The translations under genes were made by a program, and so were the position numbers. This document shows positions 1 through 10,537 of a DNA stretch of 50,748 nucleotides, one piece after another. Location of the stretch: positions 31,690,289-31,741,036 of the forward strand of contig NC_068994.1 of NCBI RefSeq assembly GCF_001194135.2, given 5' to 3'. The DNA is from Octopus bimaculoides. Its lineage: Eukaryota. Under the pieces are notes generated by a model. That model was not told where the DNA came from. It worked only from the letters and a program-made list of their open reading frames with translations, and did no database searches. How positions within the stretch are numbered: position 1 is the first letter of the stretch; each line of letters opens with the position of its first letter.

Positions 1-135
1 GTCAATGAAATCAACTTAAGGACTTATTTTTAGGTCTGGTCCTTATTGTAGCAGACATTTTTAGCCAAACTGCTAAGTTGTGGAATGTAAACAGTCCAAC
101 ACCTTTGACAAGTGGTGAGACAAGCACACACACAC
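1..135 (-). mobile_element. CORE-type SINE 3' tail fragment (runs off the window)
   Basis: GCCAAACTGCTAAGTT..GTAAAC..GACAAG similar to 22435-22500 and 29355-29430. Confidence 0.55.
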
Positions 136-275
136 ACACACACACACATAAATAAATAAAAGAAGAAAGGAGTCAGAAGTTAGAGAAGTACTTTTTATTA
201 ATATTTACCACAATCTTATTGTGCTTTCATTCCTACAGGAATTTTTCACAAACTGTGAAATATTGAGTATATTTC

Positions 276-277
<2 letters not shown>

Positions 278-316
<39 letters not shown>
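278..316. repeat. (TG)n microsatellite; representative of many (CA)n, (TA)n and (TATG)n tracts (e.g. 7827-7900, 8108-8143, 23982-24030, 29610-29668, 50500-50748)
   Basis: Direct reading. Confidence 0.95.
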
Positions 317-318
<2 letters not shown>

Positions 319-1031
319 ACAAGTGCATGCATACATGTGCATGTGTTTGTGTGATGGATGCTAGCTGTGTGTTGAAAATGTCAGAGATTTGAATATCTTA
401 TATTATAAAAGTCAATCTGATCTCCGTCCGTCTGTCTGTCACAACATATATGTAAAAGGAGGGAAGAAGGGGAAGACTCAGAAGAGTAGACAACCCCTGT
501 AACAGCATATATGCAGAAGGAGGGAAGAAGGATTGGAGAAATATAGTGAGACTACTTCAGTAGTACTAGCTACAGGATGCTCAACACCACTAATACTGTA
601 CTGACTTTGAGGAAACTCAACTGTGCTGATACTGGAATAGTGAGTGCTGACTGTTTCTCAAATTCCTCTTCAGCCTTCTGACACTGCCCTATGAAGTATG
701 CAATTCCCCATCAGACCTGATTTTGCTATGTCAATAAATAAGATTCAAGGACAAAAATCTATCTGATCCAGTCTTTATACATGGACAGTTTTATGTTGCT
801 AACAGTAGAGTGGGAGATCCTGAAAACCAGCACATATATGCAAACCAAACAGAATTCAGCAGCACAGCCAAGAAGATACAAGATGATGGGAAAAGTATGT
901 TTGACAAGGAATGTTGTTTTATTCTGTAGAATATGAAAAAAGTATTTTGTTCAACAGTATTCAAACTGTGCAGAGATTTACTTGCATAGCAAGTGACCTG
1001 ATCTGAGATTGTGTGCTGGAACGAAAACAAT

Positions 1032-1281
1032 TGCAGCGTGGAAGGTGTTTATAAGCCGTTTAAAATAACACACAAAAACCGTTAGATTCACTTCAACATT
1101 TAAATTTAATTTGTCAAAATATTTTCGTCGCTTTGAGACCGAGACCTGTTCACAGACAGAACTTTGTCAGTGAACAGGTCACGGTCTCAAAGCGACGAAA
1201 ATATTTTGACAAATTGTTGAAGTGAATCTAACAGTTTTTGTGTGTTATTTTAAATGGCTTATAAACACTTTCCACGCTGCA
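1032..1281. repeat. 250-bp near-perfect palindrome
   Basis: Arms 1032-1160 and 1163-1281 are reverse complements with about 6 mismatches and one 10-nt indel; 2-nt loop. Confidence 0.92.
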
Positions 1282-1700
1282 CAGAGGGAGTTGATCTAAA
1301 CATTATTTGAACAATTTGTGAAGGTATGTACATGATGAACAAATATTTTTACTGGCAGTGTAGCAACAGGTAACAGCCTAGTTTTTAATAAATTTGTTTG
1401 CTTGGATCTGGGGGTCAGACAAAAATGTTTGGTGATGGCCAGTTAAGGTGTTCAACTACCTGTTTAGTGTTTACTTCAGCATGTGTAAGTTGTGGTGAAT
1501 GTTTAAACAAAGGATATATAACTGTATGGTTTCCTTAGTGAGCACAGCTATTACAAAAGAGCTAACTGTTGCTTTCATAGTATTTGATATGATTTTAAAT
1601 TTGAATTTGAAACAATGAAATTATAAGGAAAAAGATACATAGAATCCACATTATTTTTGTTTACTTATTGTGAAGTTTTTAAAATTTCTAGTTGGTGATA

Positions 1701-1746
1701 ATCATGTATAGTATTATTTCATTCTCTTAGAAATCATCAGTATGAC
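1701..1746 (-). ncRNA. Minimal type I hammerhead ribozyme-like motif
   Basis: Minus strand GTCATA-CTGATGA-TTTC-TAAGA-GAAT-GAAA-TA-ATAC-TATA^CATGAT: all core nucleotides present; U.U at stem II closing pair and A.C at stem I closing pair. Confidence 0.5.
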
Positions 1747-2345
1747 ATAACCTGTGACTTATTAGTTAAACACCTTATGAAGGGAAGCATTTCATTAAAG
1801 ATAGAAATAATTACAGTTCCAACGAAATTCATGGAATGTGTACGTGTATACTTTTTGTTGTTTTTTTGTCATAGAATTTTAGTAGTTTAGCAATCAAGAG
1901 AAAAGGGTGAAAGTTTGGTTTTTTAAACAGTTTAGGTGGCAAAAGGGCCAGTTGTTTATTGATTTCAGTGTATATAAGGAATTGTCAGCTATTTATTGTA
2001 GAATGAGACATAGAACAAAAATTTTCTGGTTTGTTATTTTAACCATAAGTCAGTCCAGAAATTTCAAGTTGTTTATTAATTTCAGTAAATTGTTGGCTTT
2101 AATCTGGGCAAGTCATTAAACAGTTGACTGGTTTTTGTTCAAAGATTTGTGATTTTTTTTTATCTATACATTTGTGTGTATTTGTGCATGAGGGTTGGGA
2201 TGTTGGGCGGGGGAGGGGGCAGTGATTTATTTTAACATTTTTTTCTAGTGATTTGTTTCAGTAACAGCAACATTATTAATATTTGGTAATTACTTGGTTT
2301 GGTTCATCTGGAAAAGTAATTTTTTAATAAAATTTTTCATGTTTC

Positions 2346-2642
2346 TGTTGTATAGTGAAACTGTATAAGCCTCCCGGTAATACGTATAAGCCATTATAAA
2401 TAGTAGCTTGTCATCAAGAGAGGGTCAAGAGTCGAAGAGTTAACAGTTGGCAGTTCTAGTTGGTGTCTTGTGGAGCTATCAGCGATAGTAAGACAGAAGA
2501 AGTTAGTATATTACTATTCTGGTATGAAGAGATACAACGGTATCTGATGACTAGTAACTATTGTGGCTACTAGTGTAAAACAGCATCTACACTACAACGG
2601 CAGTCACACATCACACCAATGGGAGGAACCCACTTTACAGCA
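2346..2642 (+). repeat. 5' LTR (297 bp)
   Basis: Starts TGTTGTATAGTG, ends TTTACAGCA, aligns end to end with 6851-7189. Confidence 0.93.
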
Positions 2643-2643
2643 G

Positions 2644-2655
2644 TGGTGATGAGGA
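2644..2655 (+). promoter_or_regulatory. Primer-binding site, probably tRNA-Ser(GCU)
   Basis: TGGTGATGAGGA 1 nt after the 5' LTR; equals TGGCGACGAGGA (complement of the tRNA-Ser(GCU) 3' end as I recall it) with two CpG-to-TpG changes. Confidence 0.7.
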
Positions 2656-2786
2656 AAAACAAATTTACGTTAAGTGAAAACAAACCATTCACACAGAGAG
2701 TTTAAACTAATTCATTTGAAAAATTAAATAATTCAACAAAAAAGAAACAAAAATTTTGTTGTACAAACTCACAAAAATCGTAAAAT

Positions 2787-5700
2787 ATGGAGGACTTGTT
2801 AACTGGGGTAGTTGAGTTGCAAAAACAGCAACAATAAGGATTGCAGCAGCAAATGTTACAACTAGTGAAGTTGATAACCAAACCAGAGAATACATTTTCG
2901 CCCGACCATGTAGCAAATTCCACAAGTGAATTCAAATATGACCTCGAAGAAGGAACAACTTCCAGGTTTACTTTCAAAGATTTGAACAAATTTTTGAAAA
3001 AGAATGTCAGGATTGGACAGACAAAATGAAAACATGTCTAGTTTTAAGAAAACTAATGACAGCAGAGCATGAGAAGTATAGTAACTTCATATTGCCAAAA
3101 AAGCATCCAACATAAATTTCACCGATACAGTCGACATTTTGTGAAAAATGTTTAGTGAAAAGAGCTCACTGTTTAATACTAGATGGAAATGTTTAAACAT
3201 AGAAAAGAGCAAAGATGAAGACTTCACTACTTACACAGGCAGAGTCAACAAAGAATGTGAGAGATTTAGGCTGGCTATGTTTACTCCAGATTCTCTCAAG
3301 TGTTTGATTTTTGCACAAGGATCGACAGATTAAAGGGATGCAGAAATTCAAACAAAAATTCTAGCAAAACTGGACATGAACCAGGATTTGACATTGCAGA
3401 AACTGTTGGAAGAGTGTGACATGATATAAAAATTAAGGCATGACACAGAAGAAATTCAATGGAAAAAGTGTTTTCACATAAGACAAGTGTCAAAAAGGTT
3501 GGAAGACAAATAAAGTGTTGCAGGAAAAACAGAAAAAATATCAGGATGTAGACCCAGGTATGGCATGTGGTGGGATGCACCTGAAAAAAGATTGTCTATA
3601 TAAAAAAGCAAAGTGTTTTTGCTGCGGATTTACAGGATATATAAAATCACACTGCAAAAACTAGAATGCTAGGAAAATGGAACAAACAAGAAAAAATAAA
3701 TAGTTTGTCAGCAGGAAAAGTTGTGATTACAGCAAACAGAAAATTTATGAATGTGTGAACTGAAACCACTAGTGTCAGAATGCAATTAGACATGGGAAGT
3801 GACATCACAATCATAAATGAGAACAAATGGGTAAACCAAAATTTTGTAGTTCAAGCAAAATAGTGTATGATGTTACAGGAAGAAAATTATATTTCATGGG
3901 TAAACAAGTTTGTAATATAATGTTCAAATGTCAAGCCAAAAGAGTGAATGTTTATGTGTTGAAAATATCCATGAATTTATTTGGCACCGGGTGTATGGAG
4001 AAATTTAATTTATGGGATACACCCATAAGCATTATGTGCAATAACATAAATGGAGCAGTCAAACGATTGAACAAGATCAATGAACTGAGACAAAAATATG
4101 AAAAACTTTCCCAAAATATTTTTCAGAAGGTTTAGGCTGTTGCACAAAAACAAAAGCAAGGTTTACTATCAAAGAAAATTCAACATCTATTTTCAGGCCC
4201 AAATGGAATGTGCCATTTGTGGAAGTAGATCAGGTTAATAAAGAACTAGAAAGGCTGGAAAGCCTGAATATAATTGAAAAAGGTTGACCATGCAGACTGG
4301 GCAGCACCAGCGATCTATGTGAAAAAAAAAAAAAAAATAAGAGTGTGCACAGACTTGTCAACCAGATTAAATGACTGTTTACTCACACACAATTACCCAC
4401 TACCAAACCCAGAAGAAGTATTTGCAAGACTAAATAGAGGGAAAATTTAAACCTCTCAGAGGCATACCTTCAAATTCAGTTAGAGGAAGACTGCACACAT
4501 TTACTAACAATCAACATGCACTGTGGATTGTACAAGTTCAAACGACTGCCATTTGGAGTAAAAGTGACACTTGCCATTTTCCAACAAATAATGGGTGTGA
4601 TGTTAAGTGATTGTAACTTCACCATCTCATACCTCAAAGACATTTTGATAAAGAGTGAGTCTTGGGTGCAACATGTCAGACACATAAAGAAAGTATTCGA
4701 GAGAATAAGTATGGGCTAAAACTGACAGAAGGAAAATGTGAATTTTTGATAGAAAAAGTAAAATACCTAGATCAAGCAATCAATAAAAGTGGACACAGAC
4801 TGGACCCATCAAGGTAATCTGAAATATGCTGCCCCCAATGAATGTGACAATGCTACAAACATTCCTAGGCTTGATAAATATACCAAGCGCATATCTCGGA
4901 TATACATAAGGTAAAGGCACCACTTAATGAATTACTAAAAAAAAATGCCAGATGGGTTTGGACAGAGAAATGTCAGAAAGCAATGAATTAAAAGATGTAA
5001 CTTCAGACTTGAACCTTATGCATTTCGACCCAAAGTTAAAGATAATACTAGCTGCAGATGCTAGCAAGTATGGGATAGGAGCTGTGCTCCTACACAAGGA
5101 TAATGATGGCAGGAGAAAGGCCATAGCTCACACATCAAGGACATTATTGTCAGCAGAAAAGAGCTATAGCCAGATTGGAAAAGAGATGTTGGCTATTATA
5201 TTTGGTGTGAAAATGTTCCACAGGTTTGTTCATGGTAGACATTTTTGGTTGCAACCAGACCATAGACTTCTAATAATGATATACAGTTCCAAGAAAGGAA
5301 TCCTGACACATGGCAAACAGACTGCAGCGGTGGGGTACCATTCTGTTAAACTACGATTATAGAATGGAATATCTACTTTCAAAAAAGTTGGGGCATGCTG
5401 ATGGTCTGTCTAGGTTAATTCCTAGAAATAACGAACTGCTGGGGGACACCATAATGGCAGTGTTAAGAGTGGAAGTGGAAACAATAAAAGTGATGTGGAA
5501 CATTGTGTGTGAACTACCAGTAACTTTGGAAGAAATAAAAAGAAATGCAAGAAACGACGAATTTATTAATGCGACAAAAAGAAAACTGTGGTCGACAAAA
5601 GGAAATAGAAAAAGGTCTGAGGTAAAGAACCACCAAGATGTGAGCATGTAATTTATATGTGATGATGTGCTAATGTACGCTCAGAGGGTGGCCATACCAC

Positions 5701-6773
5701 AGACATTACAGAAGAGAATGCTAAAAGAGTTCCACATGGAACACCCAGGCATCTCTAGAATGAAAGCGCTGATGCGAAGTTTCGTATACTGGCCAAGCAT
5801 AGACAAGGAAGTTGAAAATCTGGTAAAAGGCTGCAGAGGATATGCACTGGCAGTGAAACTACCTACTACAAAATGTGAACCTTGGCTGAGAGTGAAAATA
5901 CCATGGTCCCAATTGCATATCGATTTTGCAGGCCCGGTAAATGGATATTATTACTTAATAGTAGTGGATAGCTACACAAAATGGCCTGAGGTCATGAGGT
6001 GTAAATCTCATATCTCATATATGGTAATCTCAATCTCATATATGGTAATCTCAATCTCATATATGGTAATAAACTTCTTACACAAGCTGTTCACAAGATT
6101 TGGTGTACCGGATATAATTGTCTCTGATAACAGAACACAGTTTGTATCCTGTGAGTTTAAAAGGTTCTGTGAGATGTTTACGTTAGAACATAAAACTATA
6201 GTATCGTATCAATCTAGATCTAATGGAAGGGCCAAACGGTCCATGGACACTTTTAAGAGAGCTTTAGAGAAAGTTAATAAGGAAGCCACGAACAAGGTCA
6301 TGATCCAACAGTTCTTAAGGATATACAGGGTAACTCCGAACCTAAATGTGCCAGAAGGGAATTCACCAGCAGAATTAATACTTGCCAGAAAGGTGAAGTC
6401 AGTATTCAATAAACTGTTACCAGTGAAGAAAAAAATATATGTTAGTAAAAGACATGCCAAAATTCTTTAGAATCGGTGATAAGGTATATATAAGAATGAA
6501 CAAAGATGGCAAGCAATACTGGGGAGAAGGAGAAATTGTTACATAGGAAGAATGATGTATGGTGTAAGAAGCAGAAATGGAATAGAAAGGAGATATTGAA
6601 ATCCGCTTAAGGAAAGAGTCATAGAAAAGGAACCAGTCAGAGTAGAAATACTGATGGATTGGCTTTATGACACTATTCAGGTTCCAATACTGTTACAAGT
6701 TGAAACCACATGTACAAGGAAAAGGAAGAACACTGAATTCCTAAAAGTTGATCCTAAGAAGAAAAAATATTGA
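2787..6773 (+). pseudogene. Disrupted gag-pol polyprotein
   Basis: Gag start MEDLLTGVVELQ at 2787; two knuckles (GMACGGMHLKKDC / CFCCGFTGYIKSHC, ~3551-3655); protease LDMGS (DTG mutated, ~3786-3800); RT YLKD (YxDD mutated, 4630-4641); RNase H (AADASKYGIGAVL, EKEMLAIIFGVKMFH-like, ORF 4952-5362); integrase HMEHPG, LHIDFAGP, VSDN, SNGRAKR (catalytic Glu replaced by Lys; ORF 5667-6470). Confidence 0.9.
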
Positions 6774-6839
6774 GTATATAAAAAAAAAAAAAGAGGAAAT
6801 GGGGCAAATGAAAGAAATTGATTGTTAAATAAAATAATT

Positions 6840-6850
6840 AAAAGGGGAGA
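6840..6850 (+). promoter_or_regulatory. Polypurine tract
   Basis: AAAAGGGGAGA directly abutting the TG of the 3' LTR. Confidence 0.85.
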
Positions 6851-7189
6851 TGTATAGTGAAACTGTATACCCCTCCCGGTAATAAGTGGTAATAAGGAAC
6901 CAGCCATTATAAATAAGGAACCAGCCATTATAAATAAGGAACCAGCCATTATAAATAGACCAGTAGCTGACTGTCAAGAGGGGGTCATGAGTCAAAGAGT
7001 TGAGAGTCAACAGTTTTAGTTGGTATCTTGTGGAGCTGTCAGTGATAGTAAGACAGAATTTAGTGTATTACTATTATGAAGAGATACAACGGTATCCAAT
7101 GACTAGTAACTATTGTGGCTACTAGCATAAAACAGCAACTACACTACAATGGCAGTCACACACCACACCAGTGAACCCACTTTACAACA
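6851..7189 (+). repeat. 3' LTR (339 bp, contains a 21-bp triplication)
   Basis: Begins TGTATAGTG immediately after the polypurine tract, ends TTTACAACA; roughly 10% substitutions plus indels versus the 5' LTR by eye. Confidence 0.93.
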
Positions 7190-7194
7190 GTTTC

Positions 7195-7800
7195 TATAAA
7201 TAGAGTTTTTACTCATTTAATTTTGGAGTAAATATTTTGATAAAATGTCTCTCTATTTCCGTCCAGTAATTTGAATCACCACTTGCGCTCTTATGGAATT
7301 TGATCTTTCTGCAGATTTCTAGAGGTTTGCTTAATGGTATCCTCTCTGAGTCTGCATGTTTAATCTACAGTTTATATACTCTTGCGTGTTCAGTAATGGA
7401 GTTTCCAATCTGACTGATGTATTTTTCTTTGCAGTTGGAGAGGTTTATGCAATATGATAGATTTCTTGTTTTGTGTAGTTCATGTTTGCACTTATTTGGA
7501 AAAGGAATTTGCTTTTAAATATTTTATTGGATCCTGTTTCCAAATATTTGAAATCATTACTGAATATTTCACATTAGCTGTTTTCACAAGCTTTAACAGA
7601 AAGTTCAGAGTTATCTTCTGATGTGGATTCTTCCCATGTGAGGTGTTTTTTCCAGATCTTGTGGTTGATATTTGCTGTTCATTATACAATGGAGTTACAT
7701 ATTTTTAGGTGGAAGTGTAAAAATGACAGGTCACTATGACTGGTTTCTGTCATGATTTTAATGGATGGATGAAGGGTTTTCAGAATGATATAAAATGTTT
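7195..7800 (-). mobile_element. Penelope-like element relic (RT C-terminus + GIY-YIG endonuclease)
   Basis: Manual minus-strand translation: LHPSIKIMTETSHSDLSFLH (RT end, ~7700-7790), then NLSYCINLSNCKEKYISQIGNSITEHARV...EIERHFIKIFTPKLNE* (stop at 7209-7211), a degenerate GIY-YIG domain. Confidence 0.75.
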
Positions 7801-7847
7801 GTAGTTCACAAGTTCATACCAATCCTACACATACACACACACACACA

Positions 7848-7879
<32 letters not shown>

Positions 7880-8078
7880 TACACACATACACACACATGC
7901 GCGCGCGCACACACAATATTTCACAACTTTTTAAAATTCCTGTAGAAATGGAAGTGCTAATAAGAGAGTGATAAATTTTAATGAAAACTATTTTTCCAAC
8001 TTCTGATTACTTTCTTATTTTATTAATATTTCAAATATGTACAGCACCACAGACATTCTATATGCACACACACACACA

Positions 8079-8106
8079 TCAGCCATTTGGTTAAGATCAA
8101 AGTGCA

Positions 8107-8110
<4 letters not shown>
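8079..8110 (+). pseudogene. U2 snRNA 5' fragment (nt ~9-39)
   Basis: TCAGCCATTTGGTTAAGATCAAAGTGCAGTAT versus U2 TCGGCCTTTTGGCTAAGATCAAGTGTAGTAT: 27/31 identities plus one inserted A; runs into (TA)n. Confidence 0.6.
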
Positions 8111-8147
<37 letters not shown>

Positions 8148-8159
8148 TTCAAAAAAGGA

Positions 8160-8345
8160 AAATGACAAAAAAACAACAAAAACAACAACGCGAGGACGTG
8201 ATACAGATTGTGTTACTGGACGCTCGGGAAAGGAAAGAAAGAGAATTTGACGTTTCGAGCGGAGCTCTTCATAGGAAACATAGGAAAGTCCAAAGAAGGG
8301 AAAGACAGAGGAAGAAAAAATCACCAACAATATCCACGAGGTTAC
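8160..8345 (-). mobile_element. Penelope-type terminal-repeat fragment with degenerate hammerhead motif
   Basis: Minus strand reads CT-rich sequence containing CCTATGA-A-GAGC-TCC-GCTC-GAAAC-GTC; CpGs largely retained. Confidence 0.55.
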
Positions 8346-8347
8346 AT

Positions 8348-8378
<31 letters not shown>

Positions 8379-8974
8379 ATGTATGTATGTATATAATCCA
8401 AGAGAGTTAGGGGTTGAGGATCCAACCCACTAAGGGATAATATCTATCCAATATACTACTGGGAGGGTACCCAGTTATTGTTATACTAGTGCTATACCAA
8501 ATGCAATAAGTGGGTGTGGGTAAAAGGGGGTTGTTTTACCCTAAATTTATATAGCAATAAGAAAATGGAGGGGAATATGAGGTACTCATCAACTTGCCCC
8601 CTCCATTTTATTATTGCTATATATATATATATATACACACACACATACATATATAACAGATCAGAATTCAAGTGAATCAAGCACTTAAATGGTAAGGCAG
8701 CAGGTTGGATTGAAAAGTAAAATGTGTATACAACAAAAATAAAAATAGAGGAATACATACACAGGTATCGAAGAAGAGGTAGAAAAATATTCAGGCTATG
8801 TGTACAATTAACTGTACCTGACTGAGTATATGAATAGCCCTGAGGCTAAACAAGAAATGCACGTACTAAATGTTTGGACCATAATATCCATCAGATCTAT
8901 GCAGGTTCCAAGAGAGGGGAATAATAAATAGATAAAAAAGTGTGTGTGTGTGTATATATGTATATATATATATG

Positions 8975-9006
<32 letters not shown>

Positions 9007-9007
<1 letters not shown>

Positions 9008-9165
9008 ACAGGCTTCTGCATAGTTCCTGTCTACTAAATTCACTTAAATTTGGTCAGTCCAAGGTTTATAATAGAAGGCACTTACCTAAAGGTACCTTGC
9101 AGTAGGACTGAATCTGAATCATTTGGTTGTGAAGTGAACTCCCTAACCATGCAGCCATGCTTGCA
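9007..9165 (-). mobile_element. CORE-type SINE 5' half
   Basis: Similar to 29450-29606, ends against a (CA)n run. Confidence 0.65.
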
Positions 9166-9975
9166 CATGTAGAAAGAATAAATCTTGAATATACTCGCAT
9201 GCAGAAAATTAACATCATTATCATTTTACATGCACTTTCTATGCTGGTTTGGATTGGACATAACATCATGATTAGTGACAATTCTTATCCAGAGTTACTG
9301 CCCTTTTAGCCATAGTAGAGGACTATATCTTACTCGGATTTCCCATTTTAAAATGGTTTCTATATCTGAAAGCTCTTTTTAAATACCACTATCTCACAAT
9401 AACTAGATGAAATAAATGTTTTGATTAGATGAATCAAGATGTAACTAGTAAGTTTCTTGTGTATCTAATTACCACTCTCTCCCTCTCTTTCTTCCCCGTC
9501 CTCCATCTCTTTCTTCCCCGTCCTCCATCTCTTTCTGTTAGACACATATACATTCATGGTGATTACTCCATCTTCATAGATGATTGCCATCTCTGAACTT
9601 CCACATTGTCAATGGCATTTCTGACATTCCATCCATGAACACTCAGGTGACTATTCACTTCTGCTGCAGGTCTATATTGGATGAAACATTTAGGTAAAAG
9701 ATGAACATTTTAACTTCCACTGGACTGATCTGGTTACTTTGTGGGATATGATCTCTGTGGATTGCCATATGTCTTTACAGACCTAAAATCATCTTGCAAA
9801 CTTTTTCACATATTACACATGTTGAATCACCTGGTCTAGAATGAAGAGCATTGCATACAGTTGATCTTTCATGGGAATTCATGTGCTTGACATACTCAAC
9901 CATAGAAAGAAGTATATATACACAGCTACTGCTGCTGCTACTACTATCACCACCCCGTCACCACTACCATCAAAC

Positions 9976-10041
<66 letters not shown>

Positions 10042-10063
10042 TTACTACAACTACTACTACTAC
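9976..10063. repeat. (CTA)n microsatellite, ~29 units
   Basis: Direct reading; two interruptions near 10041-10050. Confidence 0.97.
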
Positions 10064-10142
10064 TTGTTGGTCTTGGTATATTCAATCATGTCATTTTTAA
10101 AGACTTAGGGTCTGATTGTTATTGCAAAAATAGTATTTCTCA

Positions 10143-10259
10143 TCATCATCATCGTTTAACGTCTGCTTTCCATGCTAGCATGGGTTGGACGATTTGACTG
10201 AGGACTGGTGAACCAGATGGCTACACCAGGCTCCAATCTGATTTGGCAGAGTTTCTACA
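10143..10259 (-). mobile_element. Young 5'-truncated RTE-tail element with (GAT)n tail
   Basis: 8-bp TSD ATTTCTCA (10135-10142, 10260-10267); 5 mismatches in ~120 bp versus 13229-13350. Confidence 0.85.
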
Positions 10260-10260
10260 A

Positions 10261-10537
10261 TTTCTCAATAAGCAGACCAATATTTGTTCCTTTAAACATG
10301 AATTGAGAGGTTTCTACGATTTTACTTTGAGAAATATTGCCATTGATCAGTATCAAATATACAGAAAAAAAAATGCTTTTTTCCCCTCAAAAATGAGGCA
10401 TTTCTGTACAGCAAAAATGGTAGCTAAACAAGAAAAAGTAAGGGTCATTTTCAGATTCAGCGCCCTAAAATGAGCTAAAAAAGATGTTTGATGTCTCGAC
10501 ACCATTTCAAAAAAAATTTTTTTTTTGTTGACCAGTG
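10261..10537. mobile_element. Possible DNA-transposon end (Chapaev3/CMC-like)
   Basis: Ends in TTTTTTGTTGACCAGTG followed by TTA (reverse: TAA-CACTGGTCAACAA); the other terminus was not found. Family assignment from memory only. Confidence 0.4.

Larger units (their letters stand above)
2346..7189 (+). mobile_element. Full-length, inactivated Ty3/Gypsy LTR retrotransposon (Mag-like gag with two zinc knuckles)
   Basis: Two LTRs with terminal inverted repeat TGTTGTA...TACAACA; 5-bp TSD GTTTC at 2341-2345 and 7190-7194; PBS and PPT present; internal order gag-PR-RT-RNaseH-IN seen in ORF fragments with many stops and frameshifts. Confidence 0.95.

Noticed and set aside
396-569. Helitron-like 5' end (A^TCTTATATTATAAAA, GTCT repeats) and a small hairpin before CTAG
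   Set aside because: 3' end is CTAG-C rather than CTAG-T and the hairpin is weak and AT-rich; not supportable without other copies.
640-680. Minus-strand CTGAAGA...GAAACAGTC hammerhead-like string
   Set aside because: Stems I and II do not pair.
2546-2580. CTGATGA followed by a CTAGT/ACTAG stem in the 5' LTR, resembling a hammerhead
   Set aside because: No GAAA after the stem, and the 3' LTR reads CCAATGA at that position.
9851-10197. Poly-Tyr, poly-Leu and poly-Ser ORFs
   Set aside because: Translations of the (CTA)n microsatellite.
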